A stretch of DNA of 64,000 nucleotides, from contig NC_092381.1 in assembly GCF_030028105.1 (NCBI RefSeq), forward strand, positions 26,205,550 through 26,269,549, read 5' to 3'. The stretch is from Mobula birostris (lineage: Eukaryota). The notes below the pieces were generated by a model. That model was not told where the DNA came from. It made no database searches and saw nothing but the letters and a program-made list of their open reading frames with translations. Below are positions 12,872 through 26,584 of the stretch, piece after piece. Numbering within the stretch: position 1 is the first letter of the stretch; every line of letters starts with the position of its first letter. The position numbers and the translations under genes were made by a program.

Positions 12872-13592
12872 TTCGAGATTCAAGATTGTTTAACGTCATT
12901 TTCAGTACACAAGTGCAAAGGAAAATGAAATAATTGTTACTCTGGATCCAATGCAACAGGAAAAAAATACAATTACATAAAGGATGCAATAATAAAAACA
13001 CAATAAATATAAATACATAAGATAGCTCATATACATAGATTGATTGTATGCACATAAAGTGATGCTAGGCAGAGGAGTGTCTGTACATAAGGTGACTCTG
13101 ACAGGAAATAATAAAGTAGTGGGGGTGGAGACGTTGATCAGCTTTACTGCTTGGGGTAGTAACTGCTTTTGTCTGGTGATCTTAGCATGGATGGTATGTA
13201 GCCTTCTCTTTTGATTGGAGTGGGACAATCAGTCCATGAACAGGGGCGAGGGGGGTGGGATCCTTTCTGATACCGCTGGCCTTTTCCTGACACCTTTTTG
13301 TATATGTCCTTGATGGAGGGTAGGCTGGTGCCAGTGACGGACAGGGCAGTTTAGACTACCAGTTGTGGGGCCTTCCTGTCCACTGCAGTGCAGTTCCAGT
13401 AGCATGCAGTGGTGTAGCATATTAGGATGCTCTCCACACTGCGCATCTGTAAAAAAGTCATGATTATTGATGTACATAGTCAAGCTCCCTTCAGCCTCCT
13501 CAGAGCTTTCTTGATTGTGTAAGTATGTGTTTTGGAACCAGTGGAGGTTGTGTATGGTGTGCACTCCCAGGAGTTTGAAACTGCTTGCTATT
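12872..13592 (-). mobile_element. Rex1-type LINE 3' fragment
   Basis: Closely similar to the plus-strand copy at 16375-16870 plus 18337-18416. (TCTTGAA)n tail; decayed RT C-terminus. Confidence 0.82.
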
Positions 13593-14230
13593 GATGTTCA
13601 AATTTCAAAGTTTATTTGTTATCAAAATATGTATACATTATACAACCTTGAGATTCATCTTCTTACAGACAGTTGCAAAACAAAAAAACCCAAAAGAACC
13701 CATTAAAACACAAGAAGACCAATATACACCTGATGTGCAGAGAGAAAAAAAATAAATCATGCAAAAAATAAAAGCAAACAAATAGCAGCTAGAACGAAAG
13801 TGAGTCCTCGGATATGAAACCCAGAGCAGGTTCACAGCCTCATGCACAGTGGAGTGAATTCTATAGACCAACCGCCTTGGCCCCAGCACAGCAGAGCAGA
13901 GTAAACGTTGTGGAGCAGCGAGCAGAACCTTCCCAACCCTCACCTCTGCCTTTTCAATCCATCTGGCCTGGTGTATACATTGTCCAAACATTTTATTGCT
14001 TGCTCTCAGACCCAGGCCCTGTGATATCAATGTGCTCTGGGTGTGGACCCCGCCATTACGTTTCGTCCCACACCCAACCTTTCCAACTTGGTCTGATGCT
14101 TTCGTCGGTCAAACCTTGCCCTCCATTTAAGGATGACGAGCCTCGAATCTGCCTCTCCTCTGCTTCACTCACCCAACTTTGCCCTCGACTTTGTCTCGCA
14201 CCTGCATGCTTCGAACCGTAACATTGTCTC
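13593..14230 (-). mobile_element. Non-autonomous element with a Rex1-type 3' tail
   Basis: Tail (TACAACCTTGAGATTCAT, plus strand) shared with ~35160-35500. The body is non-coding. Confidence 0.5.
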
Positions 14231-15289
14231 TGCCTCTATTCTGGTGCTTAATTTACTTGTTCCGGAGGATTACATTGACTTAACTTGACGTAAAATATGC
14301 ATGTTTCTAGTTGTCCATGCAGCTCATGACTTTTAAACTCACATTTTGCTAATCTTTGTTATACTAATCAGTTTTTGAATGTTAAGTATCTTCACATCAG
14401 CACTACACATGAGTAATTAGTGTGTTAGCAGTGTCAATTGATAGTAAGCTCCTTTTGATCAGGCCTATTTGTTTCTTTCCCCAATGGAGAGAGCAATGTA
14501 TCAAAGATGGTGCTAAATACCTGACTATTTAAAAGGAAGGATATCAAAGCCTCATAAGATTAAACAAATCAGCTCCAGCAACCCGGGTTCATTCTGCTGC
14601 TGTCTGTGAAGTGTCTGTAGGCTCTCCCAGTGATGCGTGTCACTTCTCCGGGTGCTCCGATTTCCTCCCACATTTCAAAGACATACAGGTTAGTAGGTTA
14701 ATTGGTCTTGTGGGTGTAATTGGGTGGTGTGGGCTTGCCGGGCCAGAGGGTCTGGTGCTATGCTGCATCTCTAAAGGAAAAAAATATTAAGTCAGAGTTC
14801 ACAGCTTCCTCAAAAAAAGAACAGATGGGTGTCTTTTATCCTGCACAGTGAAAGCTGAGGTATGAGATAATAAATTTGTAGGGCTATCAAAAGTTTGGTT
14901 GGGTCTACCCGGAGATGATTCCACATGCGGAGTTAATTCAAAATTAGGATTCACGAATAGAAGACAGTCACCCACAAATCCAAAGGTGAATCAGGATAAA
15001 TTCCTTTACTTGGTGGCTAAATGTGGAATTCACTGTAAAGGTCTAATCACTCATTCGTTCCTCAGGGAAAGTCTGAGACAAGAGCCAGGGTGTCACCTGA
15101 TGAGGGTGAGGAAGTTACCAGGCATATGGTCTGGGTAGTAGCAGAAAGCAGGAGAAGCAGCTTCTCATTGGGCTGTGGATGCTGCTTCTACTCAGAGTGG
15201 GAATGGCTTCCAGCTGGCTAGCTGAGTTCAGTGTGTGAGATGAGACAAGGAAGTCTCACAACCTAATTCAGAAGGCTCTCTCCCCACAC

Positions 15290-16066
15290 ATTTTGGTAGG
15301 TTAGATATGATGGCAGAATACAGTATTAGTGGCAAGACTCTTGGCAGTGTGGAGGATCAGAAAGATCTTGGGGTCCATGTTCATGGGACACTCAAAGCTG
15401 CTATGCAGGTTGACTCTGTGGTTAAGAAGGCATACGGTGCATTAGCCTTCATCAATCGTGGGATTGAGTTTAAGAGCCGAGAGGTAATGTTGCAGTTATA
15501 TAGGACCCTGGTCAGACCCCACTTTTTGGAGTATTGTGCTCAATTCTGCTGGCCTCACGACAGGAAGAACATGGAAACCATGGAAAGGGTGCAGAGGAGA
15601 TTTACAAGGATGTTGCCTGGATTGGGGAGCATGCCTTATAATAGGTTGAGTGAAGTTGGCCTTTTCTCCTTGGAGTGATGGAGGATGAGAGGTGACCTGA
15701 TAGAGGTGTACAAGATAATGAGAGGCATTGATCGTGTGGATAGTCAGAGGGTTGTTCCCAGGGCTGAAATGGCTAGCATGAGAGGGCATATTTTTAAGGT
15801 GCTTGGAAGTAAGCACAGAGGAAATGTTAGGGGTAAGTTTTTTACGCAGAGAGTGGTGAGTGCGTGGAATGGGCTGCCAGCGGCGGTGGTGGAGGCGGAA
15901 ATGATAGGGTCTTTTAAGAGACTCCTGGATGGATACATGGAGCTTAAAAAAACCAGAGGGCTATGGGTAAGCCTAGGTAGTTCTAAGGTAAGGCCATGTT
16001 CAGCACAACTTTGTGGGTCGAAGGGCCTGTATTGTGCTGTAGGTTTTCTATGTTTCTATATTTCTA
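15290..16066 (+). mobile_element. 5'-truncated CR1 LINE (RT C-terminus + 3' UTR)
   Basis: LYRTLVRPH, LEYCAQF, ERVQRRFTRMLPGL, RGDLIEVYK, FFTQRVV..WN; (TTTCTATG)n tail. Confidence 0.93.
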
Positions 16067-16374
16067 CATGGAGTGGTAGAGGGATCCAAAGTACACTAAT
16101 TACCAATGTATCAATGTGGTATACAACCAGAGATTCATCAAGATGAATCTCAGGACTGTATACTGCATGCACATTTTGATAATAATCGATATTAGTCCAT
16201 AATGGAGAAAATGGGTGAGATGAAGTAAACTGAACAAAGTACACATGGGGCAGAAAGATCACAGGCTAATCAGAATAAATAACATATTTCTTCACAGTAA
16301 ATTCTGTGTTATCCTGGTAATTACTGTGAATGAAAATGTTAAATCTTGGTCTTGGAGCATCTAACAAGTTGCAT

Positions 16375-18416
16375 CATTGCATTGTACAGAAAGTGCACTG
16401 CAGCAGACAGGAAGGCTTTACAACAGGTAGTCAAAACTGCCCACACATCGCCGGCACCAGTTAATCCACCATAACAGACATACGTACAGAAAGATGGTTG
16501 GAAAAAGGCCAGTCATATCATGAAGGATCCCACCCTACCTGCTCATGGTCTGTTTGTCCCACTCCCGTCAGGCAGGAGGCTACTTAGCATCCATACTAGG
16601 ACCAGAAGACTCAAAAACAGTTACTTTCTCCAAGCAGTAAGGCTAATCACCACCTTCACCCACTAACCCACTGCTCCACACCCCCAGCACTGCTACTTTA
16701 TCACTTCCTGTCAGAGTCACCGTATGTATAGACACTCCTGTACCTAGTGTCGTTTAATGTGCTACATATAATCAATGTATATAAACTATCTTCTGTATTT
16801 ATATGTATTGGTTTTTTATTAATTTTGTGTTTTTTTATCTTAGAGGATTTTTACATGCTATATTGGATCTGTAGTGGGGGTGTATGGGGTATCCAGGGAG
16901 GGTTTTACCTCTCTGAGTCTTTGATGGCTTCGCAACCAAGTTTGCAGATAATACAAAGATGAGTGGAGGGGCAGGTAGTGTTGAGGAAGCACAGAGTATG
17001 CTAGAGTACTTAGATTTGGAGAATGGGAAGAGAAGTGGCAGATGGAATATAGTGTACGGAAGTTTATGGTCATGCACCTTGGTAGAAAAAAATAAAAGCA
17101 TAGACTATTTTCTAATTGGGGAGAAAATTCAAAAATCAGAGATGCAAAGGGACTTGTGAGACCTTGTGCAGGATTCCTTAAAGGTTAACTTGCAGGTTGA
17201 GTCAGTGTTAAGTAAGGCAAATGCAATTTTAGCATTCATTTTGAGAGGACTAGAAAATAACAGCAGGGATGTGATGCTGAGGTTTTATAAGGCATTGGTC
17301 AGATCACACTTGGAGTATTGTAAGCAGTTTTGAGCCCCTCATCTAAAAAAAGATATGCTGGTATTGGGGAGGTTCCAGAAGTGGTTCACAAGAATGATAT
17401 GAAAATGAAAGGGTTAACATATGAAGAGCATCTGATGGCTTTAGGTCTCTTCTCACAGGAGTTTAGTAGAATAGGAGGGGATCTCATTGAAAACTATCGG
17501 ATATTAAAAGGCCTAAATAGAGTGGGTGTGGAGAGGATCTTTCCTATTCTGAGTGAGTCTAGGACCAGAGGGCAGAGCATCAGAATAGAGGGACATCCAT
17601 TGAGAAGAGAGATGAGGAGGAATTTCTTCAGCCAGAGGGTGGTGTATCTGTGGAATTTATTGCCATGGATGGCTGTGGAGGCCATTTCATAAGACATATT
17701 TAAAGTGGAGGATGATAGGTTCTTGATTCATCATGGCTTCAAAGGTTACGGGGAGAAGGCAGGAGAATGGAGTTGAAGGGATAATAAATCAGCCATGATG
17801 GAACAGTGCAGCAGACTTAATGGACTGAATGGCCTAATTCTGCTCCTATGTCTAATGGTCTCTGATGAAAGGGCTGTCAAGTCCATTCTGGGGCGGCTCA
17901 CTGATATTTGGTTCCCACCGGACACTTGAGGCTCTAAATAGCTGTTTGCATGCGACAGGGTCCACACTCTGGTTTGCCCCTCTGACAGGGAGGGCAGCCA
18001 GAGGGCCTCATACCCTGGTGAGATAGGGACATGCCTTTGCTAGCATGTGAAGTCAGCTCCAGAGGAATAGACAGATCAGATCAACAGCAGAATCCAATGG
18101 CCAAGGAGCTGGTTCTGCAACGCTTTGTGGAGAGCAAAGGGCATGAAGGGGCATAGAAGAAATCATGGTCATCCACTGCTACTAAAGAAGACCCCAGTTG
18201 TGACAACTATTCACACCACTGGACCCAGACATCTGAGGTCGAGAGAGGGGAGCTGCCCCAGTGCAAAGGCACTACCACTTTAAAACTCTCCTGCACGAGT
18301 TTCCTGTCATCATTGGATATGATCGACAACCAACAATCGGATCACAGTAACAACTAATTCGTCCCCCTTTACACTTCTTCACTGGAAATGACATTAAACA
18401 ATCTTGAAATCTTGAA
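16375..18416 (+). mobile_element. Nest: Rex1 3' fragment interrupted by a non-coding (probably RTE-derived) element ~16870-18336, itself interrupted by a CR1 ~16925-17861
   Basis: The Rex1 tail breaks at GGATC (~16865) and resumes at GGATC (~18339), judged against the copy at 12872-13592. CR1 motifs KFADNTK, GDLIENY, FFSQRVV. The RTE origin of the middle layer is from recalled similarity only. Confidence 0.7.
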
Positions 18417-19759
18417 CCTTGGAGTGCCCCAGAGTCATTCGCTGTTTTAGAAACAGGTCTATTCTATGTGAGATGTTCTCACATAGGGTTGTTTCTCTTC
18501 CCCACGGTATCCTTGAGCTATAGAAGAAAAGTCACTGGCTAGAATTGCTGCTTAAAATAACAATCCAATATGTGTAGTAATTCACTTTCATTCAGGATCT
18601 TGGCCTTACTGGGAAGATGCAAATTTATTTCCCATCTCCAACTGCTCAGGAGAAGTGATAAATCATCTTCTTAAACTGCTACAGTGCTCCTGGTGAAGAT
18701 GCTCCCATGCTGTTGTGAAGGCAGTTCGAGATACAGACCCCTTCAGTGAAGATGAAACAATGACATATTTACAAGTCAGGATGCTGTGTGACCTGGGGTG
18801 GGACCCGCAGGCACTGTTCACATGCAACCAGCTGCCCTCGCCCTTCTTGGCAGCAGGAATTCTGGATTTAGTGGTTGCTGCTGAAACAGGTTGAGTAACT
18901 GCAGTGCATTTTAGGGATGGAACACTCTGCAGTCACTAGGGACCGACAAGGGTGGAATGAATGATCAAGGTGGCTGACAGTTCTGACAGAGGGATTACTG
19001 TGTCCTGGATTAAAGATTTTAAGATTATATTTACTTGCCAACACGTATATCAAAACGTACACTGAAATATATTGTTTGCATCAATAACCCAGCGTAGTTT
19101 GAAGATTACGCAGAGTCCGGCCAGTAAGTGTTGGCATGCTTCTGCCACAAATATAGTGTGCCCATAATTTACTAACCCTAACCTGTATGTCTTTGGAATG
19201 TGGAAGGAAGCCAGGGATCCTACAGGCAATCCACACACTTACAGGGAGAATCCACAGACTCCTTATAGACAGCAGCAGGAACTGAACCCTGATCACTGCT
19301 GCTGCATAGTGTTACACCAACTCCTACACTGCGGTGATAGGATAGCACTGACCTTCTTGATAGTTATTGAACATAATTCATTCAGAGAGGTGAAGTGTAC
19401 TCTATTCTACTTCGGACTTGAGCCTTGTAAAGTTACTCACTTCGGTTACCCTGCTTCTGGGCTACTCTTATAACTGCAATATTGTGGCTGGTCCATCTGA
19501 GTTTCTGTTGAACAATGGCGCTGGGATGTTAATGGAGAGGCTTTGGCAATTGTAATGAGATCCACATGTAAAGATTCTGTTCATTAGCTCTTTCTTGACT
19601 GAGATTGTTATTGGTTAGCATTTCCATGGTGTGGAGGTTTAAATCAGTCAATGCCTGACTGTTGTCTACTATGTCGCTTGCTGAAGAGTCACAATTTGAA
19701 TTTAACATTTGTACAACCATCAGCATACCACCCCATTTCTAACCTCATCACCTCCTCTG

Positions 19760-20092
19760 TTGATATCCTCAGATGAGGAAGATTGACCTCCTAAGAATAT
19801 CCATCACCTGGGCCATTATTACCATCAGAGAGGAGGTACAGATGTTTGCAGACACACCTTTAGCATTTTAGAAACAACTAACTTCTTCCCCTCTGCCATT
19901 AGATTTCTGAACGTACAATGAGCCAACCCAGGAACACTATCTCACCATTTTCCTCTCCTGTACCACTACTTACTTAATATACTGCATATCTCATTGTAAT
20001 TTATAATATTTTTATGTATTGCACTGTACTGCTGCCGCATAACAAGAAATTTCACAGCATATATAAGTGATAATAAACCTGATTCTGATTCT
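19760..20092 (+). mobile_element. Rex1-type LINE 3' end
   Basis: CCATCAG...GGAGGTACAG motif and AATAAACCTGATTCTGATTCT tail. Confidence 0.78.
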
Positions 20093-21099
20093 CTACAATG
20101 TAGCAACTTTCTTTTGAGTGAAGTATGACATTAGTTTTACCTGGGCACCATGATGTCACACTCATCCAAAAGCTGCTTTGATTATCAAGACAGTCATTCT
20201 CACCTCGTTTTTTGAAATTCAATTGTTTAGTCCAGGTTGGACCAACACTTTAAAATCTGGAAATCCTTAATCCTGCTAAAACCCAAAAAGGATACAAGGT
20301 TACTGGTGAGTAAGTATCGCTTTTATATGCAGTACCTCACATCTGAAAACCTGTTTGGGAGCCTACTTACGTTTTCGACACCATGCCCCTAATGCAGCAT
20401 ATTGAGACAGGAGGAAGAATTTCTCCTTTGGAAAATAACACTGCTGGCAAGTGAGTAAAGCTCTATCTTCTCTGAAATAAAATTAATAACTTTTGCATTA
20501 TTGCAGGGAAATGGTATTTCCAATCTTTACAATCATAAAGGAAATATAAAACAAAGTTTAATAGCTGTATTGTCTAATTATAAAACTACATTTTGAAATT
20601 CTAGTCTCATCTGACATTCATTGTAAAATTCCCCATAGTGATCAAGTGTACTGGTCTCTCGTGGGCTATTTGGACACCAAGACTATACTGAAATTTAAAT
20701 TGTCATTCTCAGCGGTGATGTATCCTTCTTCCTGACTATACAGAATTGTGGCAGTATCACAGTTTTATTTGTAAGGGACAATTAAGACATTAAGACATTC
20801 TGATCAAAATCATCTACAGTTAAGTTGCAACAACTGACTTGTAGTCTCATCTTTAGCTTAACTATTTGGAATGGTCTTCATCCTAATCTTCTCACAAAAG
20901 CAGATCTACATGGCTTTGAAATGTATCCATGTTTCATTTTTTCAGGTAAATTTCTTTCTTTGCCCCCTTGAATGAAATGGGTCCAGTTGATGGATGCTAA
21001 GTATCTTCAATTCTAAGAAAGGGAAACCTAAATTGTTGGTTCTCAGCTGTAAATATCTGTGTGTTAATTAATGGGTATAATCAGAAGCAGATGTGGCTC

Positions 21100-21665
21100 T
21101 TATTATACCTGTGGGATCAGAGGTGAAAAGAGTGAGCAGTTTTAAGTTCCTGGGCGTCAATATCTCAGAGGATCTAACCTGAACCCAACAGCTACAAAGA
21201 AGACATGACAGTGGCTGTATTTCATTAGGAGTTTGAGGAGATTTGATGCGTCACCAAATGACTCACAAATTTCTATAGATGTACCGTGCAGAGCATTCTA
21301 ACTGGCTGTATGAGGCATCCATCATCAAGGACCCCATCACCTAGGTCATGTCTTATTCTCATCGCCACCATCAGGAAGGAGGTACAGAATTGTGAAGGCA
21401 CACACTTAACGATTCAGGGACAGCTTCTTCCCCCTCTACTGTCTGTTTTCGGAATGGACACTGAACCCATGAACACTACCTCACTAATTTTTTTATTTCT
21501 ATTTTTGCACTACTCATCTAATTTAACTAAATAACATATATAAGCACTTACTGTAAGTCACATTTTTTTCTATTATTATATTTTGCGTTGTATTGCTGCT
21601 GCAAGGTCAAAATATTTCACAACATACAATATGCCGCTGATATTAAACCTTGATTCTGATTCTGA
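21100..21665 (+). mobile_element. Rex1-type LINE 3' fragment, internally deleted
   Basis: FKFLGVNISEDLT segment matches 6500-6690; (GATTCT)n tail. Confidence 0.82.
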
Positions 21666-22482
21666 CAGTATTTAATCAACTGCATCACAATTGATTATGT
21701 ATTTTTCAACAACAGCTTTCCAACATTTTTTTCAGTAAGTCATTCAATAAGAATCCCATATTTTAAATTCTCAGTCATTAACTGTAGGTCCACTTATCAT
21801 CTAAGCCTCTGAACACTTTCCCTAATCTCCTTCCTCATTCCTGAACAATGTACGGATTGTGATCTTCACAGCTAAAGCTGAAGACTTCATAAAGGCTTGA
21901 TAATAATACCCTAAGGCAAACCAGGCTAAAGGAATCAGCTGTTTCCACTTTATTTCTTCTTCAAAAAAACTGAATGTGCAATGCAAAAGGTCACCTGTAA
22001 TTTTTCTTCAACAGGGAATAAAAGTGATAAAGACTGAAAATCATTTTGTCTATGAAATTAATCCACACACATTCTCTGCCAAAGGTGCTGATAAATCCTT
22101 AATATAGACAGACATTGTTACCAAACCATATTGTCCTTCGCACCAAACTCAAAGGAAAGATTACACTTGGGTTTCAATTTAATGCTGTAAGATAACCACT
22201 TCATGCTTGGGTTGTAACAGGAATTTAAAGGCATTAAGTCGGCTCGTTCTGTTTTGCTTGCTAGAGCATGGTCATCAATGGACCGCATCACGTGAGCTCA
22301 CGTTTCTGCTCCACCACCCGATGCCTGCAGCCGCACTAGCCTCCTGCTGCCCTGCAGATCTGGCTGACCCTGAGGATTTGCTACTGCAGCCATCTTGTGG
22401 GTCCCCAAATGGTGTCTAGGCTTCAGATGGTGGAATCGCAGGTTCCGCCTCCTGAGTGTCCTGATGGCTCTTTCGACTGTTT

Positions 22483-23061
22483 CTACACTCAGGTGCCACT
22501 TTATTAGGTACACCTGCTTGTTAATACAAGTATCCAGTTAAGCAATAATGTGGCAGTAACTCAGTGCATAAAAACATGCATACATGATCAAGAGGTTTAG
22601 TTATTGTTCAGACCAAACATCAGAACGGGGAAGAAATGTGATCTAAGTGACTTTGACCGTGGAATCATTGTTGGTGCCAGATGGGGTGATTACAGTATCT
22701 CAGAAATTGCTTTTCATGCATAATAGATGCTAGGGTTTACAGAGAATGGTGAAAAACAAAAGAAAACATCTAGTCATCAGCTATTCTCTGGGAAAAAATG
22801 TCTTGTTAATGAGAGAGGTCAGATTGGTTCAAGCTGATAGGAAGGTGACAGTAACTCAAGTAACTACACGTTACAACAGTGGTGTACATTAGAACATCTC
22901 TGAATGCAGAACACATCAAACCTTGAAGTGGATGGGCTACAGCAGCAGAAAACTACATACATACACTCAGTGGCCATTTTATTAGCTACAGGGGGTACCT
23001 AATGAGTGTATGCACCTCTGAGAACTACAGAATTCTCTGAGAAGTGGCCAGTGAGTGTATA
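22483..23061 (+). mobile_element. Non-autonomous Tc1/mariner-type element
   Basis: TA-flanked TIRs of type CACTCAGTGGCCACTTTATTAGGTAC; remnant of a transposase N-terminus (DLSDFDRGIIVGARW). Inverted copy at 37212-37773. Confidence 0.82.
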
Positions 23062-25345
23062 CACCTCTGAGAATTACAGAATTATTAAAACAGTCAAAAT
23101 AGATCTTAAAATATGGAAAACAAAGTTAAAGACATTTGTCTGCTGTAAATTAATTAAGAGCGCTAATATTGATTACGATGAAAAAATAAAACCAAACCAC
23201 TCACTTTTTCCATCCAGATCAATGACTCCTTCCAAATGAATGAATCCACATCTTCCTTATGAATCCAACAGTGTGCAGATCAAATGCAATGGCATCTGAT
23301 CTCCAGTCTGTTCTGTACCTCCCCGCTGCAAATTGTAGGCTTGGAGGTCAGGGCATACTGACCTGTGTGCAGTAGCTTGCCAGTAGTCCGCCTTTCAGCT
23401 GGATATTTAACTTCTAATGTGCATGATACAAATTTACAAAAGCTAACTTTAGTATCAGCTGAGCCACTTCTCAAAGACTAGATTAAAAAAAGAGTTTAAA
23501 TACTTTTTCTCTATTCCACTAACTCTGGTTGTTTATTTTCCTGTTCTGTAAACACCACACAATTCAAATATAACTCTTTTTAAAACTGTCAGCGGTGCTT
23601 AGATGTGCTTTGAATTTAAAAGCTACAGAGAACAGTTAGCAGATAGAGATAGTAAAGAATTACATTCTAGTCACACCCACCTTTCCTAATTTTCCTTTCT
23701 CTGTTTTGTCTCCTTTCCTGTTCCCTGAGGACTGGAGTGATTGATAGCCTAATCCAATGATTGTATTACACCAGCCTCACTCGGAATGTTTCCTTATCAT
23801 TAACAGTTACCCGATGGTTAAATTCACAGCTCACTGCTTGATGCAGCCCCTGAGATTTAAAGGTCTGGCCTTTAGAAAATATTTAAAATAAAATTGAAAT
23901 CTTGACAATACCAAGATCTTCATACTTTCTTATGTCATTTTTTAAAAATTAATTTGATGTAGAGTACGCAGGTCCCATGTAAGTCCATAATGTGACCAGC
24001 TATGTTAACAACTAACTGAAACGTGCTCCTACTTAAGAGACAACAAGTTGGGATAGTAAAATAAATATATTTGACTTTGCTTATGTGTTGACTAAGAGTA
24101 ATATTTATTCTAAGAGAGGAAAGCAGACAATATGGCTCCTATGCACTGATTTAAATCACTGCTCGTCTGAAGCAGTCAGAGAACGGAGGTGCCCTGAATG
24201 CAGTTTAAGCTCCCAAAGACAAAAAATATGCATCTCATAAACTTCCATTCTGTAGAAATGTCAACCTACGGTTGTGTGGTACTTCAAAACCTGCACTTGG
24301 CGTTTTATGCTGTCTACTCTGCCTTCATCTGTAAACATGAACATTTAACATTTGTGTAGGGCAGGTAACTACAAACATGTTATCTATTACCATAGCTTTT
24401 ATCCTCATTAACTACTTCCACTTGTTGGGCTGGGGAGGTGGGCAAGCAATAAACTTTGTCAAATAACTAAATTAACCTTTTTACAATTTCATTTCCGTTA
24501 GCTAATTTTACAATAAGAGCCTAATACCGCTCCAAGAAGGAGAGTGATCAATATGGTTTGGTTTAGTTTCTGCATGACTTAATCCTGAAATGCAACTTGA
24601 CAACCTCCTATCAAGAACAAAAATTCGATCATTGGAAGATACTCATGGCAGACAAATGAGAAAGAGGAAAAGCAAAATGAACTCATGAGCTATGAATCTG
24701 CAATAAATATGCACTCTTTTAAAAATAAGGAAATGACTTCTAACTTACAGCTTTGAGAAGCTGACTGTTCGAAGAAGTTGGAATTAAAGTACTTTCTCAT
24801 TAAGAGGTAATTTTCTATCAAGTTTATTTTGTCTATGTAAAAAAAACTCTAGGTATTCCCACTTTTGAATTTACCCAAATGAACAGACTTTATTCCTTTA
24901 TCTGAATGTAAATGACAGCAATGGTTAAAAAAGTGCACTAGAGGCAAATACAATTTGGTGTAAAGTGTTCACATTAAAATATCGAAGCAGTGCAGACTGC
25001 GTTGATATGAGTAAGTTGAAGTTTGTGGTTTCTATTCAAAAATGAGTGTTAATTAAATCTTGAAAAGAGAAACTGTGCTAATACAAGTTACTACAAAGGG
25101 CTTCAAGATACTTCTTTCATTTATCGTTTAACTTCTCCCCACCCACTTTACTGAAGCATTGTGCCAATAAAAGAAATTGCTATTAGAAGTGCTTGCAGAC
25201 TCAGACTTGTCCATCTGTCAATATGATTAGTTATGTTGACCAACAGCAAGCAAGGTGCCTTGAAAGGGAATTGATATTAGAAGTTGTCACCGTTTTGTCT
25301 ATAGTCTCAGAGGGAACGCTGCACGGTGGTGAAGGCAATGCTTAC

Positions 25346-25465
25346 CAGACACACCGCCATATGTGGTTTGCTTGTCTCTACCAACGGCAGGCACAGGTGT
25401 GCCATCTGCAAGTACCCCTATCAGCCCAGAGACTGTGTTGATTGCTGTAATACCATCTGCACCAC
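25346..25465 (-). CDS. DPYD: DPYD coding exon (exon 18 equivalent), [40 protein letters not shown](G)
   Basis: Minus strand reads ttctcacag|GTGGTGCAG...GTGTCTG|gtaagc. 120 nt, phase 1/1. NTVSGL and TTYGGVSG motifs; overlaps ORF 25299..25481. Confidence 0.97.
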
Positions 25466-25775
25466 CTGTGAGAAAATACAACAGTTATTTAAATTCCAAT
25501 CCACAGAATAATATCTTTTGATTTTGGTTTCAATATAATAGCTAGAGAATAGATGGCATGAGTCATTTCAAAGTTAGTGGCACGGAATGACAGGGACCAT
25601 TATCAAATAAAAGGGGTGTGTTTTTAATTGATGTACGTAAGCTATTTGAAAATTAATGTAAAAGGAAGGACAATCAAAATGAAAGATATAAAGAAGTAAT
25701 TCTCAAGGACTAAAGAATTATTCTCAAGTAGAATTTTAATCTCTTTATATTCAGTTCCCACTGCCATTTTCTTAC

Positions 25776-25896
25776 CTTCCTGAGCTGCCATCGCTATGTT
25801 TACAATGTCGGTGACGTTCGGGGTCAGCTTGGCAAAGAACGGAATCTTAACAGCTTGCCGTACCCAGCGGCAGATGTTTTGCACCAGCCTTGGATC
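25776..25896 (-). CDS. DPYD: DPYD coding exon (exon 17 equivalent), [40 protein letters not shown](G)
   Basis: Minus strand reads gaacag|GATCCAAGG...CAGGAAG|gtaaga. 121 nt, phase 0/1. FAKLTPN FMN-binding motif; overlaps ORF 25642..25884. Confidence 0.98.
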
Positions 25897-26584
25897 CTGT
25901 TCAAATGGGTCAGTTACAGAACTAGATGAGAAACTAATCTGATAAAGCTGTGCACAGAGACAGGTATAGCTTCATGCTGCCAGTCTGACTGCACTGCGTG
26001 TGACATTGCAGGGACTGCAACCCTCTCATTACTTGATCCTCAGATCACAGCATAAACAGCAGAGCTGTAATAATATCATCTAACACAATTGCATTTTCCT
26101 TGTCTACTAAATAAGCCGAATGAATCAGCCTCCATTATAGCATAATAGCATTACTTGACTAATACTGATCGAGAAAGGTGATTACAATGAATTATCCATT
26201 AAGGTATTGAAACTACTGTTATTAATAAACTTCCTTTCTTACGAATAAAGAAAACATAATTGCTGATACTAAATCATTTTTTTTCACTTTCTCATTACTG
26301 CTCCCCTGCTTTATTGAAAGATTAGATTCACTTTTTTTTAACAATTCATTACCCTTTAAACATTCACTCAAGTTAGATTAATTACACATAGAATGTGGCC
26401 AGTCTGTGCTGCTGGGGGTTGGAGGTGATTGGCAGTTAAGTAGGTTTCTGGGTGGCTGGAGCAATGCTCAGTCAATTTTGCCTCTGTTGTCTTTTAGCAG
26501 TGTGATGATAGAGGCATTGTGGTTAATTTATTAGACTCGCAATCCACAGCCTGGACTAAAATTTCAGATATGTGAGAGGTAACA

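Noticed and set aside
17885-18020. HDV-like ribozyme in the RTE-like element
   Set aside because: Some GGGGC/GCCCC and CCTCTG/CAGAGG pairing exists, but I could not build the full nested double pseudoknot.
1-25345. DPYD exon 19 or a duplicate exon 17/18
   Set aside because: I saw no AIRPIALRAV/GGIDSAE-like or second NTVSGL coding segment by eye. Exon 19 probably lies beyond the window, but a tBLASTn would be needed to be sure.
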